From contig JBNZDD010013678.1 in assembly GCA_050575255.1 (NCBI GenBank), positions 4,746,753-4,810,752 of the forward strand: DNA of 64,000 bases. Reading direction: 5' to 3'. The notes beneath the pieces were generated by a model. The model worked only from the letters and a program-made list of their open reading frames with translations, was not told where the DNA came from and made no database searches. The number at the start of each line of letters is the position of its first letter. Position 1 is the stretch's first letter. This document shows positions 26,925 through 39,150 of the stretch, in pieces. Source of the DNA: Harriotta raleighana (taxonomy: Eukaryota). Both the position numbers and the translations under genes were made by a program.

Positions 26925-27741
26925 TATTCCCAAACCTTTAGCAATGCCTTCCCTGAGACAACCATTAGGGGGCATAGAAAAGCAGCAGGGAGAAAGAAAG
27001 AGTCTCTTGTTACTGCGAGTGTGTGTGTGTGTGTGTATGAGAGGCTGGATTCTACTCAGTACCTGATCAAGGATGATCTGATAGCTTGATATTATTTTTA
27101 AAACTGACTCTGGGATGCATTCTTTCTGCAACTGTGACCTTCCTCAATATTAGTCTTTACATCTTTAAACGTTTTGATCATTGTAACCAAGTGGGAATCT
27201 CTTTGTTTTCATTAAACAGGCGAGAGATAACCTGGTCATCTAGTCCACCTCCAAAAAATCAATTAATAATGAAATGCCAATCACTCTCCGTACAGATTGA
27301 AATATTGTTCACTTTTTATAATAATCCTTGCATTTGATATAGCGTTTTTCACATTTTATCGACATCCCAAAGCGCTTCACAGACTATACTGTAAAGTGAA
27401 TTGACTGTATATTTGTGGCAGAAACGTGGCAGGCAATTGCGCACAGTAGTGTCCCACCAACAGTTGTGGATTGAAAATGACCAATTTTTTATTATTGTGG
27501 TTTCCAAATTTAGAAGAGGTTTACATTGAAATTTAATACATAGCAGCAAATTACTACACTCATTGTGAGGTAAAGAAATTCACCGTCTAACATCTCAAAT
27601 CCATCAGATGGCAGCAGAGAAACAAAAACCGTTTCCATAAGAGCAGAAGATTCTGGCGACTTTCATTTTATGAAGGCCTTAGCTGCTACTTGACAAGTTT
27701 CCTTTATTATCTTCAGTACAATTAACGTCATATGGATAACT

Positions 27742-28262
27742 GGAGCTCCTGTGGCTCAGTGGTTAGAGCACTCGCCTTACATGCCTTACAAGCATGAGAC
27801 CTGTGCATGAGTCGCCGTGCCTTCAACGCCCCTCTCGAGTCTCTACCCCCTCCTTGCTCCCACCCTTCCCCCCCCCTCGCCCTGAACATTTTCCCTTGCT
27901 CGGGTCCTGAACCAATCTGTCCAGCGCCTTGGGACGTCCTCCTGACGTGAAACGCGCTCTATAAGTGTAATTTTGTTGTTGTGTTCGAATCCAGGCAGAT
28001 CAGGGCGAAACCTTGGGCAAATTTCCTTACTCCACACGCCTAATAATAATCCCTCCAAAAATACTACAATAATAAAATTGGTCATTTCAATCCACGACTG
28101 TTTGTGGGACACTGCTGTGCGCAATTGGCTGCCGCATTCCGCCCACAAATATACAGTCAATTCACGTTACAGTATATTCTGTGAAGCGCTTTGGGACGTT
28201 GATAAGATGTGAAAAGCGCTATATCAAATGCAAGGATTATTATTATTATTATTATTATTATA
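27742..28262 (+). mobile_element. Full-length tRNA-derived SINE with L2-type tail and (ATT)n end, interrupted by an L2 3' fragment
   Basis: A box tggctcagtgg, B box gttcgaatcc. Tail ctgtgaagcgctttgggacg...gcgctatatcaaatgcaagg(att)n. Confidence 0.9.
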
Positions 28263-29579
28263 ACTGTGTGAGAACAAACTGCAACGTTTTCATCAAGGCT
28301 AAAACTGTCACCGTGCGTATTAATTCCATTCCTGTTTATGGGATTTTTTAATATTTCAAGCCTCAACAATTTGGAGGTTTCAGTACTGGTGAAGTATGGG
28401 ATTATTACAAAGAAAATTGATGCCTTGGTCAAAAATTCCCTTGCGCCATTAAATACAGCAGCGGTTACTGACGTGTGATAACCAGGGGCCTTTGCCTTTT
28501 GGCAGGCCACATCCTCAAAGCTACTGGACTTTGTAACAGAAAATATTTCCACCCGGATGTCACCATTTTATAGCCAGTTGCAAATCATGCTCCTTCTACT
28601 CTGACCCAAAAGTACTGTAATCCTAACCTCCATGGAGTTACCTCTTCCCTATTGAGTGCTAAATTTGGTTCCTGTACCAACCATCCATCTGACCTCTATA
28701 AATAAGACATTTACTGATCCTCATTTAATTGGACTGGAGAGACACACCAGGAATGATTTCTTTACTTAAAGGGTAATTAACGATTGGTATAGGTTGAGGC
28801 CACGACCCTGGACTCATTTAAAAAATAATGTTTGACACTGTGATGAGAGAGAGATGGTATGATGTGCATTCGGCAAGCTCAAAAATTGCTTCACTTCTTT
28901 CATCTGAACTAATCTGGTGATTTTATGTTCCCATCATTGACGTGTCCGTTCCCCAGCTGAGAGGGTGCAGCAATACTATTGTCATGGCAAACATTAAGAG
29001 TTACAACGACTGACAGGAACACGAGCCTTTGATCCTCCCAGGTTCTGTCTGACACAAACTTCCAACAAGATCAGTGAGCTCAGGAAGTCCCTGTGTGGGA
29101 AAGTTCAAGATAACTGATCTTGCCCCTCCATTGAATTCGTAGTTTTTGACCAATCTATTTTTTATGGAACCCACCTAGTATTTTTATTAAAGGCTTGGAT
29201 TTCTAGAATGCATGAAATGTGATTTTTTTTCTTTATAAAGAGGAATTCCCCCTCCATGAGAATATTGTGGGGAATTATTAATGAACAGACGTTTCATTGA
29301 AGTCCTCAAAAGCAACTGCACTGCAGGAATACCTTGTCTAACCTTTGACACCTCCTAGTTACAGGTTCAAAGCAACACTGACACACACCCACAACATTTG
29401 TTGCTTAGTGAAAGGAAAAAAAATAGAATAACATGTTCCCGATCCCAAGCCTAACCCCCCACCCAACGACTGACATCACGAAAAAAAAACAAGTGTTCAG
29501 TTGCAAGGAGTACTGTATATTTTAGCATTTACATAAATGTACATTAAAAAGTCAATGCATGTTTGGTTCACAAACTAAC

Positions 29580-29774
29580 CTTATTTGCACTGCTATAAAA
29601 ATCATGGGCTTCCTGGAGCAGTGCTCCTCGTTCCTCTACCAGCTGCCAGAATTCCTCACACAGCAGCTTCAGTTTCTGATTCCGAAATGTCACCTGTTCC
29701 TTATCAGAAAAGCCTTGCGTAAGCAGAATTTCTTCAGCCTCAGCTTCTAGTCTTTCTGGAGCACAGTTCAATTC
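29580..29774 (-). CDS. CCDC141: CCDC141 exon 7 (ELNCAPERL...FYSSANK)
   Basis: cag|GAA acceptor, AAG|gttagt donor, 195 nt. Confidence 0.92.
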
Positions 29775-31198
29775 CTGGACAGAATGGTTTAAATTCTATT
29801 ATTTATGACCGATATCACATCTGGGCCCAAATTATTAACAGGCACAAATGTACGTTCTAATTTGCGTACTGCAGTTACTGGCTGGAGGAAATATGAAAAT
29901 CTGATGTTTTTTGCAATTAGAGTATTATGATGATAATATTTATAAGAGTGTTCCTGCTGGCTGGTAAAATGGTATCAATAAGGTCAGTTTAAGATCATCA
30001 TTGGAAGCATTAAGGGGGAGGTTAGAAGCAACAGCAAGAGTTCCAACAGCACCCAAATCATTTTTTTTAAAATGTAAGAATAATTGCCCCATCCCTTGCC
30101 TCCTTCAAGATCCACCTCAAGGCCCTCCTCTTCAACTGTACTTTTGATCAACCTCCTTGCCTCCAGCCTCCCCCATTCCCTACCCTCAGCTCAGGTCCAG
30201 AATACTGCCTGTCCAGCACCTTGGGATGTCTGCCCGATGTGAAAGGCGCTATACAAATGTAATTATGCTATTGTTGTTACCTTTTTATGAAGTATTTAAG
30301 GGGTTAAAATTGGCACAGGTAAATTTGGTTTGAATGGCTGAATGAAAGCGAGAAGAGGACTAATAATCGCTCTTACTAGCATACACCATATTCTACACAT
30401 CCTTTGCTACTGGGTAGACATTCCCACTGCGTGAAAAGGCTTTGAAACATTCTTCACAGTTTTTTAATCCTAATTTGTTCCAGTCAGTAGTCTTTCATCT
30501 CACAGCCATGCAAGCTGCATTTTTTGCAAAAATATCTCTACCAACAAAAACAACACAAACGTGCGATCANTAATCCTAATTTGTTCCAATCAGTAGTCTT
30601 TCATCTCACAGCCATGCAAGCTGCATTTTTTTGCAAAAATATCTCTACCAACAAAAACAACACAAACGTGCGATCATATAGCTTCCCTCATGCAAGGTAG
30701 TGTCTCAAAGTGCACAGCACATAGTCAATAAACAACCTGGGCTCCTCTGCATCTCGCAAGCTCCTTAACTGCTTTCTATACTCTATCCATGGAGAGACTT
30801 TCAGGATTTTTGTTTCCTCTAGGCATATATTTTTTTTTTTTAACTGTATTTAAATTTATTCATATAAACTCCAAGCTCAGTAAGCACACACAATTGTATT
30901 TTATTAACATTGGCAACAGAATGTAAAAAAGTAATTGACTGAAATCGGAAAGATGCATTTGGAAGGCTAATTAGCTTTCCCGAAGTTAATTTTTGCTATA
31001 CACAGATCTGCTCCGCAGTGAAATAATGGAACACAAAAAAGGCCTCTTGAATTCCTGATCGTATCATTTTGGATTATGTTGCTATATGATTCACATTTCA
31101 GTTAGTTACAGTCTCTATAGGGTGCCTGGGGTGATTTATTTAGATGCTGACTAGGTGGAGCGGTGGCTGAATGCTCTTCAGGGGAGATTTGCTCTTAC

Positions 31199-31318
31199 CT
31201 TGGCTTCACTCACAAATTCTTTATATTCCAGCAACAGCTGTTCATTTTCAGTCAGAGATGAGCCAAGCTGTTCGATCTGTAAATAAGCATCTCCTTGCTG
31301 CCTGATCCACTGTACCAC
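31199..31318 (-). CDS. CCDC141: CCDC141 exon 6 (VVQWIRQQGDAYLQIEQLGSSLTENEQLLLEYKEFVSEAK)
   Basis: Not in the ORF track. aag|GTG acceptor, AAG|gtaaga donor, 120 nt. Spectrin-repeat W...LGSSL pattern. Confidence 0.92.
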
Positions 31319-33912
31319 CTTCATTGAACACAAAGAAGGACATTGACTTATTTTGCATTGTCTTCTGAAGGTTATTTATTATAGCATTATGAAGACAAAT
31401 GATGTTGCCCTAGGCTTATTCTTTATCTGTATCTGAACAGTAATGTACTTCTGAAGGCATTTGCAAAGCACTTACACACTGCACAAAGCATGTCATTCCG
31501 TTCAGATTCCTTTGGAAAACCCTACGATCATCTTTCAAAATATTCTCATCAAATAAAAATATTAAACTTTTACTTTGTAAGTTACATGCTGCAATATTGA
31601 GAATTGGCAAACAGAACAACTGAAATCATACAAGAAAATATAATTTCAAACTCTAATTCCGATTGAAACCTTGTTAACTGTTTATTTTTCGTTAATGAAC
31701 AAGACTTTATGAGGAGATGATATATTAATCCTTCATAATTTGTTTTCGATCTAAGACGGACAGATGGTAAATGAAACAGTGTAACAGCAGTGCTGAAGTT
31801 AGGAGATCCCAGCAGTGACTTTTCATTAACTTTAACACTCAGTAACATTAATATTATAGTAATAAAGCTACAACATTTTTAGGGTACATGTCTACCATAC
31901 TCTTAACTCTTGTCATGTTGCCAGTCCAACCAATAACAACAACAGCACAATTACATTTATAGAGTACATACAAGTTACACACATATATATAGTATATACA
32001 GTATACAATTAATTCTCATATCTCCAGGTTTTCAGCTGCAAAATCATTTTCCATTTGAGAATCCTATTTAAGTTTGGCTTTACGAGTTTATAGACTATTT
32101 CATAGCATGATTTGGACTGAAATATTATTTGGCCACAGGATTATAACAACAATAATACTTATTTAACTTGTTATGCCCTTTGTTATTTGTGATGAAAAGT
32201 CATACACTGTCGACAAAAATATAATAGTTTACGGTAATTCTTGTGTAACGCTTTGAGATGTTTCATATTGAATGTGCCAATTAAACTCAAACATTTTTAT
32301 TAATATTAATATGAAAAGTAATATTTGTGTTAAAATCATGCTAAAATTCCAAATGTTCATCAGTTAGAAATTAAATAGTATTTAACAATGCAAGTGGTTC
32401 TGAACTGTCATTTTTTATATAGCCACTGCACATCCCTGAAGACTCACTCCTCAATGAAACTGGAAATATCAGTGATCATAGGACAATTATAGGGTACCCA
32501 GATTTTTTGTTCCCACTCAGAGTTATTTCTATGGTAGGGCTTACTATTTAATACCGCAAGAGACAAAGTTTATGCAGTGTAACAATTAAATCCATAATTC
32601 GAAATAACATCTATCATGTCAGTTTCCAATGGTAACAGTGTTTGTAAACATGTGGAACAGTGTTCCTGATAATTAACAGTGTTTGACTCCAATGTGTTTA
32701 TTCTAAGTGTGGGAAAGAAATGTGTTTCTATATTTAAGTTAAGAGCCGTACACTTACTGTGCTATTTAAGGAGTGACAATGTTTTCTGTGCAGTAGCATC
32801 AATGTAAGTTCCATATCATTGAGTGACACATGGAGATAGCAACACACTAAGCTCTTTGCTTGCTGATAATAGAGAGTACAAGCAACACTTATATCTTCAT
32901 GGAAACAAAACTGAGACAAACACTGTCAAACGGTAACCTTCTACAAGGTCTTGCAACACTGGCTAATTAAATATGGCAGAAATACTGCATGGCATTTATC
33001 CTGATCGGCTTTACCGCTGTCACAGTAACAATTTATACTTATATACAGTCATGCCTTTCACATGGGATGAATGTCTTAAGTACTCCACAGTGCTGATAAG
33101 GAGCAATGGAGACGAGGGAAGAAAATGTTTTTGTTTGTTGCTCTTTAACTCACTTTGGTGCTTTTGTGAACACCCCTACTTAAGGGTAACTAAACCATGA
33201 CTGAGATTCACATAAGTATGCCACTTAAACATGGAAATGTCCCTGGGTCTAGAATGGGAATGTACTCTCTCCCCAGAGGACTGCACCTTGCCTTACCTAA
33301 TGCCAGAGAGTACAGTATTAGGCATTAGGTTAGCAATACTCATGAACAATTTCAACGATAACCTTTTGACCACATCCAAGTGAAATGGCCAGATCTCAAT
33401 ATCTTCTGGATATACAAACAACCACGACACACAGTGAGAACAGACCCGCAAATGAAGCAACATCCTACCAGCTGAACAGCTGGAAATAAGCAGTGTGAAC
33501 CTGCACAAACAAGCAAACAGCTGCAAACATATTTTCTATACTCGAGACATCTTCAATCTACTAGATGGGACCATGTTGACAGCAGTGTTTCTTCCACACC
33601 TCTCTCTTTCTCTTTCCCTCCCACTCCCTCATAAACCGTTGCAAATGGCAAAAACAATACGGATTAAACTAGTAACAGCATTCAAGAAGCAGTCTTTGTA
33701 CTCAGTCGAGCATTGTAATAGTTCAGGATCAGAGATGGATTTGGATTTCTGTGTGTGTGTCTCTTGTATTCAGTATTAAGGTCTCATTATGCCCACAAAC
33801 TACACAGTCAATTCACTTTACCGTACATTGAGTGAAGCACTTTGAGGCATTTCAGCGATGTGATAGGCAGTTTATATCAAATGCAATAATTATTAATATT
33901 ATTTCCTCCTAC

Positions 33913-34166
33913 CTCATCTACCCGCTGGTCCCATTGGTAGATCTGAAGAAACTGCTCGAGGTCTCGCCACCTCCGATGTAATTGTTCCTCCAGCTGCCTC
34001 CTCCTGTCCTGTAGCAGTTCCAACAGGCTCTCAATCTTCATACAGCTACTCCGAGCTCCATGTACCAGCTCTGAGCTCACTAAGGGACCAGTTGGTTTGA
34101 AAGTCTGGATAACATTCAGTAGCTCTTGACTCTTGTTTAGAAGTGTCATGGAGCTTGTTAAAAGAA
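33913..34166 (-). CDS. CCDC141: CCDC141 exon 5 (VLLTSSMTLLNKSQ...LLELLQDRRRQL...RVDE)
   Basis: cag|TT acceptor, GAG|gtagga donor, 254 nt, phase 1-0. Confidence 0.94.
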
Positions 34167-34266
34167 CTGTGGCAAAAAGGAAATCAGGGTTCAGAATTAA
34201 AGGTCAGCATAGCAACAAGTTACAACATTCATCTGTGTTAAAATTAAGGCGACTTGAAGATAAAAA

Positions 34267-34560
34267 TTATAATAATCCTTGCATTTGATATACATGGTGC
34301 TTTTCACGCCTTCTAGGTGTCTCAAAGCACTTCACGGAATATACTGTCAAGTGAATTGACTGTTAATTTGTGGGTGAAACGTGGTAGCCAATTGCGTACA
34401 GCAGTGTCCCACAAACAGTTGTGGATTGAAAAAGACCAATTTTGTTTTGAGGGATTATTATTAGGCGTGTGGAGTAAGGAAGCTTGCATTCACCTTGCCT
34501 GGAATTGAACCCAGGTTTCTCGCTTGTGAGACAAGTGCTCTAACCATTGAGCTACAAGCT
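34267..34560 (-). mobile_element. Full-length SINE of the same family
   Basis: Head, body and tail all recognisable. Confidence 0.88.
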
Positions 34561-35396
34561 TTTCTTAAGGGGAGAATTTGATATGCTTAATACTCAGTGT
34601 TCTGGGATTGTTCTCGCCACTCGGCTCATGATATTCCATTGCAGCGTTTCCCCACAAAATATACCGTTAATTCAATTGATGCCTTAGCTACCAACAACAT
34701 ATTTTTAAAACCTGATTGCAGTGCGCAGACCTTTCAGATACAACCGGATTCGAAAGTAAAGGTTACAACAGCATCACGTAGAAACTATTGCACAGATTGC
34801 ACATGCATTAGGACCAATCCCATGGTTTATCTCTTCCAGGGCGAATGTGTTCTGCAGAATATAAATGGGACATTAGATGGCACTGACATATATCTGGAAA
34901 CTGCATGTGATGTATCCTATGTGACCTGGATGAGGTATCAATGCCTATTAAAAGGAATTGTTTACAAGCCGCCCTGATTCACTTTGGCCAACAGTCTCAG
35001 TCACTGACATGTAAAGTCAATGTGACCTGAGTTCCTATTCTCCCTTCTGTTATTTCTGGGCAGCTCAGAGATAAACAAAATGGATCTTTTTGGCTGTTTT
35101 TGTTTGTTGTAAAACATACCATGATAGAATTGGTTTGATTTAGTTGTGAATGTGATTGACACAACAGACAGTGTGTTGTACACAGAACAGAGCCTGCTCA
35201 AATACGTTTCATCAACAGCGATTCTGGTGATGTCTGCAGTCCCCATTATTCTGCTTGTGTTCCAATAACTTTGTACGTCCTAATACTGTACTCACCTTTA
35301 GTTCAATGAACCATACCTAGGGCTCCAACAGCATGAATCAGAACTCACACCCTTTTACAAACACACAAAAATAGTGTAAGCACAACAACAACTTGC

Positions 35397-35505
35397 CTTT
35401 TGTGACATGTTGATGCTGGTGCAAGAGTTGCTTTAAAGACCTGGTGTCCTCAAACACTTGTGCACTGTTCAGCAAGTCTTCAGCTTCATCAATTTTTATT
35501 GCAAA
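35397..35505 (-). CDS. CCDC141: CCDC141 exon 4 (FAIKIDEAEDLLNSAQVFEDTRSLKQLLHQHQHVTK)
   Basis: Not in the ORF track. tag|TTT acceptor, GC donor AAG|gcaagt, 109 nt, phase 0-1. Confidence 0.9.
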
Positions 35506-35666
35506 CTAAAAAGACAAATGCATTTGAGCACAGAAACGATAAAAATGACAGCAGCGCTGCACACGTTTAACATTCAATTAATTGTACGTTTTAATTCAGC
35601 GTTGAAAAGAAACACAAATCTCTATTATATTTTGGATGCACTTTTATTATGTGGTTGATTACCAAC

Positions 35667-35858
35667 CTCCAAAGCTTGGTCAAAAAATTCCGATGCCAGG
35701 CTTAAAAGTCTCTTGCGGCCTATGAGCAGTTCGTTGAGAGCTGTCCAATTTTCCCCCAGAGTCTTTGCCATTGCTTCATACAGCTGGGAATGATCTTTAT
35801 CAGCTTCTAATGTTTTGTCAGCTTCGTACAGCAAACCCCACACATCATCTTCATGTCC
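35667..35858 (-). CDS. CCDC141: CCDC141 exon 3 (GHEDDVWGLLYEADKT...FFDQALE)
   Basis: aag|GGA acceptor, GAG|gttggt donor, 192 nt. Confidence 0.93.
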
Positions 35859-38749
35859 CTTTCAGAAAGAAAAACACGAGTTAGCAAAATGCCTTTCCTG
35901 TTTGAGCAAATCAAAGTGCAGAAGTCATCGCCGCAGGTAATTTCTCAAAGCAAATGGTTGCAAAGAATTTGGATGAATTGATCCATCACAATTTTTGATA
36001 ATTTCATCCGCTGATTATATTTCTTTGAAGGAATATAGATATTATTGTTAAGCTACAATAATGATTAACTTTGTAAATGGTCGAATAATGTCCACAAGAA
36101 TCCCAAAGGGTTCCAGATGGTTTTATCTGAAGATACGGGGATGGCAGAGATATGAGGCTCCCAAGATAATTTCTCACCAGTGCTGTTACTTGCATCTATG
36201 GTGAATGGCAATAAAACACAAGAAGATTCATTGCTATTCAATGCCCTTGGTATCAGAATGGATTCCATTTGCATTTGTTCAATATCTTGACAAGTGGTCC
36301 CACAGGAGGAAAACAAGGCTACATAATTAAACACAATCCGTTGAAAACATATCAATGCTCTACCTGTATTAAGCATCATTACACCTAATGTTGCAAAGTA
36401 TTATTCAGAATACAACATCAAGTGGAAATTCAGTATGATGCATTTCCATATTTCAGGTGGTGTGATATTTAGAAGGAACCTTCTTTCTAAAAATCACTGT
36501 TTAAAGCTTTAAATTGTGGTATTTTTAGAATCAATATACTGTACTGCACTGGGTTCATAGTTTCCATACATGGAAATTCCTTCCGTTTGGTTAAATTGGT
36601 GATTTTTATTCTCCCTAACAACACAGCCTTAAAATAAATAACTCATTCTAAAGTATCCCATTGATATCCTGAGCAATTGTTGTGGTTTTATTCAGTTAAA
36701 AGGAATGTTTGAGAAGAGTTTGCTAGATAATTTATTTTTCTGAAGCTTCGGAAATGTTGAATCATTGGAACACATTGAATCACTGTACACTGGCATCCCC
36801 TGAGAATATGCTTTTATACGGAAAGCGTTTTGGATTCTAAAAAAAACATGGAAAACCAAGGTAAAGACTAAAGGCTTATTTTGCAATCCATCACCAAGAT
36901 TTAAAAGTGTAGCAAGGAAAACAAGAAGTGGTCAGAATATACCAATTTAGGGTTTGTAGATTTTAAGAGAAAGGGGAGATTGGGGTTGGAAAACAGTTCC
37001 AAAGTTTTTGAGGCCCTGGGAATGAATTGAGTTAATGAAGCAATAGTTTGATGAGTTTGACGACAGCATAGAATGAAAAAACAAGGAGGAGGAGGAATAC
37101 GTAGGGAAAATTATTTAGAGCTTGATGGATCACTATAATAAGAGAGTTTAGGATGAAGAACAATAACAATAAATTGCATTTATATAGCACCTTTCATGTC
37201 AAAAGACATCCCAAGGCGCTGAAAAGTCAAAGAATGTACTCTGGAATGTATGACTGTCAGAAACAGCCATAATTCACACTGTAAAATGATTATACTTGTC
37301 TATCTGTTTTTTTTCTGTTGTTCTGACTGCTTTGAAACTGTTCCCAAATATAACAAAGAGAAATTCCCTCAGCATCCAGAGCCTGAGGCAATATGGCAGA
37401 ACTACTTCTTTAAGTGAATCCGCAATATGTTTGTCAAAATTCCCTTTACTTCCCTCTATCCAATTCAAATAAGACTCAGTCCATAAATCAATGACATTCC
37501 GGCATTCCTGTCCCGGGCACCTCAGCTCAATCCACAAAGGAATATAACCTGTTTTTTTTAAACCAAGTCCTTATTTAGATATTTCGGAACCAGTTGTCAG
37601 CTGAAGAAGAAATGGAGAAACATTGAAGGACATATGATGGGAGTGTGATTTTCAATATGTTAGGTATCATTACAGAAATGTTACACTTCCCACTGAAGCA
37701 TCAGTTGCATGCAAACTGGCCATTTCTTCATCATTTATTCAAACTTCTGAATAAAACATGGTGTGATGATCTTTAAGAACCTGATTATCACTGGGAACTC
37801 TGTATTGACCAGTTGGGATTGCTGAGATTAGTCTTCACCATTGTTTGCAATCTTAGTATTTTACATCAAATACAGAAGTAAACACCAATGGAATAGTGAA
37901 AGCTGCTGAGTTGCATAACTGTTCCAAAAGAAGTGCAACCACACAATCTCAAAAGGATGATTTTGATGCGAGGCTTTAAGCTTAAACACACCACAAACTA
38001 ATTGCAATAAATTTGCCAACAATTGTTTCGATACTGAAAGGTAGAAGTGTTTAAGGGATGTCATTTAGAAACGAATGCACTGTAGTTTAGCTCGATGAAC
38101 TTTTCAAGCTGCTTGTTCAACTCCCAATGACCAGAAATAAAGCAAGTTAAAGGAAAAGTCAACCTGTTTATATTGCTCGAGGCTCCTGGATCATTTAAAA
38201 TGGGAACAGTAATGGATTATTGAGACATCTCAACGACAACATGCACTGCACTTATAAAGCTCCCTTCACACGGGACAGCATTCCAGATCACAAAATGATA
38301 TAATAATCAGCTGTGTTGAATTCATATCAGTTTGTAACTGTGGTCAACAGAAATTCTAAATGCTGCCTAGATAAATCATGGTAACCTGTAATATATACAC
38401 TTAGCATTAATTTCCAACGCTGTGCGTTGAAGGAGCTTACACAAGCAAGCTGCAGAGAATGGTTTTAAACCTTCACCAATCACTTATGATATAGTCTACG
38501 AATGTCGGGATTCATTATAATTTTTTTATGTGGTTTATTTTCAGTGTGGTTTAATGCGCAACATTTTTAACATAAACCCCCAAATTAACAAAATCATTAT
38601 TTTCAACCCAAAGTTTTTTTTTTCTCGGTTTGGTTTTTATCCCATTGAGAACATGAAACGTTTTTCTCAAAGTAATGCAAATAGTCATATTACAGAAAAA
38701 AAAAAAATCAAGTTTTTGTACCAAACATATATCTATTACAATTCTGTAT

Positions 38750-39150
38750 AATAACAATCCTTGAATTTGATATCGCATCTTTTGCTATCGACATCTCTCA
38801 AATTGCTTCACAGGATATACTGTGATGTTTGTGGGCAATATGATTTTTAAACTGTCCCTCATTTTCTACTCAGCAATGAAAATATACTAACTTTAGAGTA
38901 AGGAGGAATATTGGCCAGGATAACAGAACTCCCTTTTCTTCTTTGAAACAGTACCAGCAGATCTTTAACATCTGCTTGAATGAGCAGACAGGAACTTGGA
39001 TTAATGTTTCCACTGAAGTACAGAACCTCCAACAATGCAACACTCCCTTTGTAAATACACCAATGTCAGTCTAGGCTGTGAGTTTGTATTGGACTCAAAC
39101 CCACAACCTTCTGACTCAGAAGCGCGAGTGATAATAGCTGGAACAACCTA
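38750..39150 (-). mobile_element. Older Deu-domain SINE (a partial copy also at about 21680-21790)
   Basis: Similar to the 26098 copy: atattggccagg...actccc...tctttgaaacagtacc...tttaacatc...ctccaacaatgcaacactccc. Confidence 0.65.

Noticed and set aside
27742-27995. tRNA-like A/B boxes (also at about 21100, 23900, 24040, 34520 and 61720)
   Set aside because: These are SINE heads attached to SINE bodies, not complete tRNA cloverleafs.
23691-28212. Recurrent ORF peptides such as HDCLWDTAVRNWL...YSIFCEALWDVDKM
   Set aside because: They are translations of the non-coding SINE body, not a paralogous gene family or a CRISPR-like array; spacing is irregular and orientation mixed.
30465-30676. Tandem duplication of about 105 bp around the N at 30570
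   Set aside because: The copies abut a single N and differ by one SNP and one T-run length. This is typical of unmerged overlapping contig ends (two haplotypes), an assembly artefact.
34597-34977. 126-aa plus-strand ORF in intron 4, and similar short intronic ORFs (6828, 28157, 39166, 40262)
   Set aside because: No recognisable homology or splice context, mostly non-ATG starts, and several overlap repeats.
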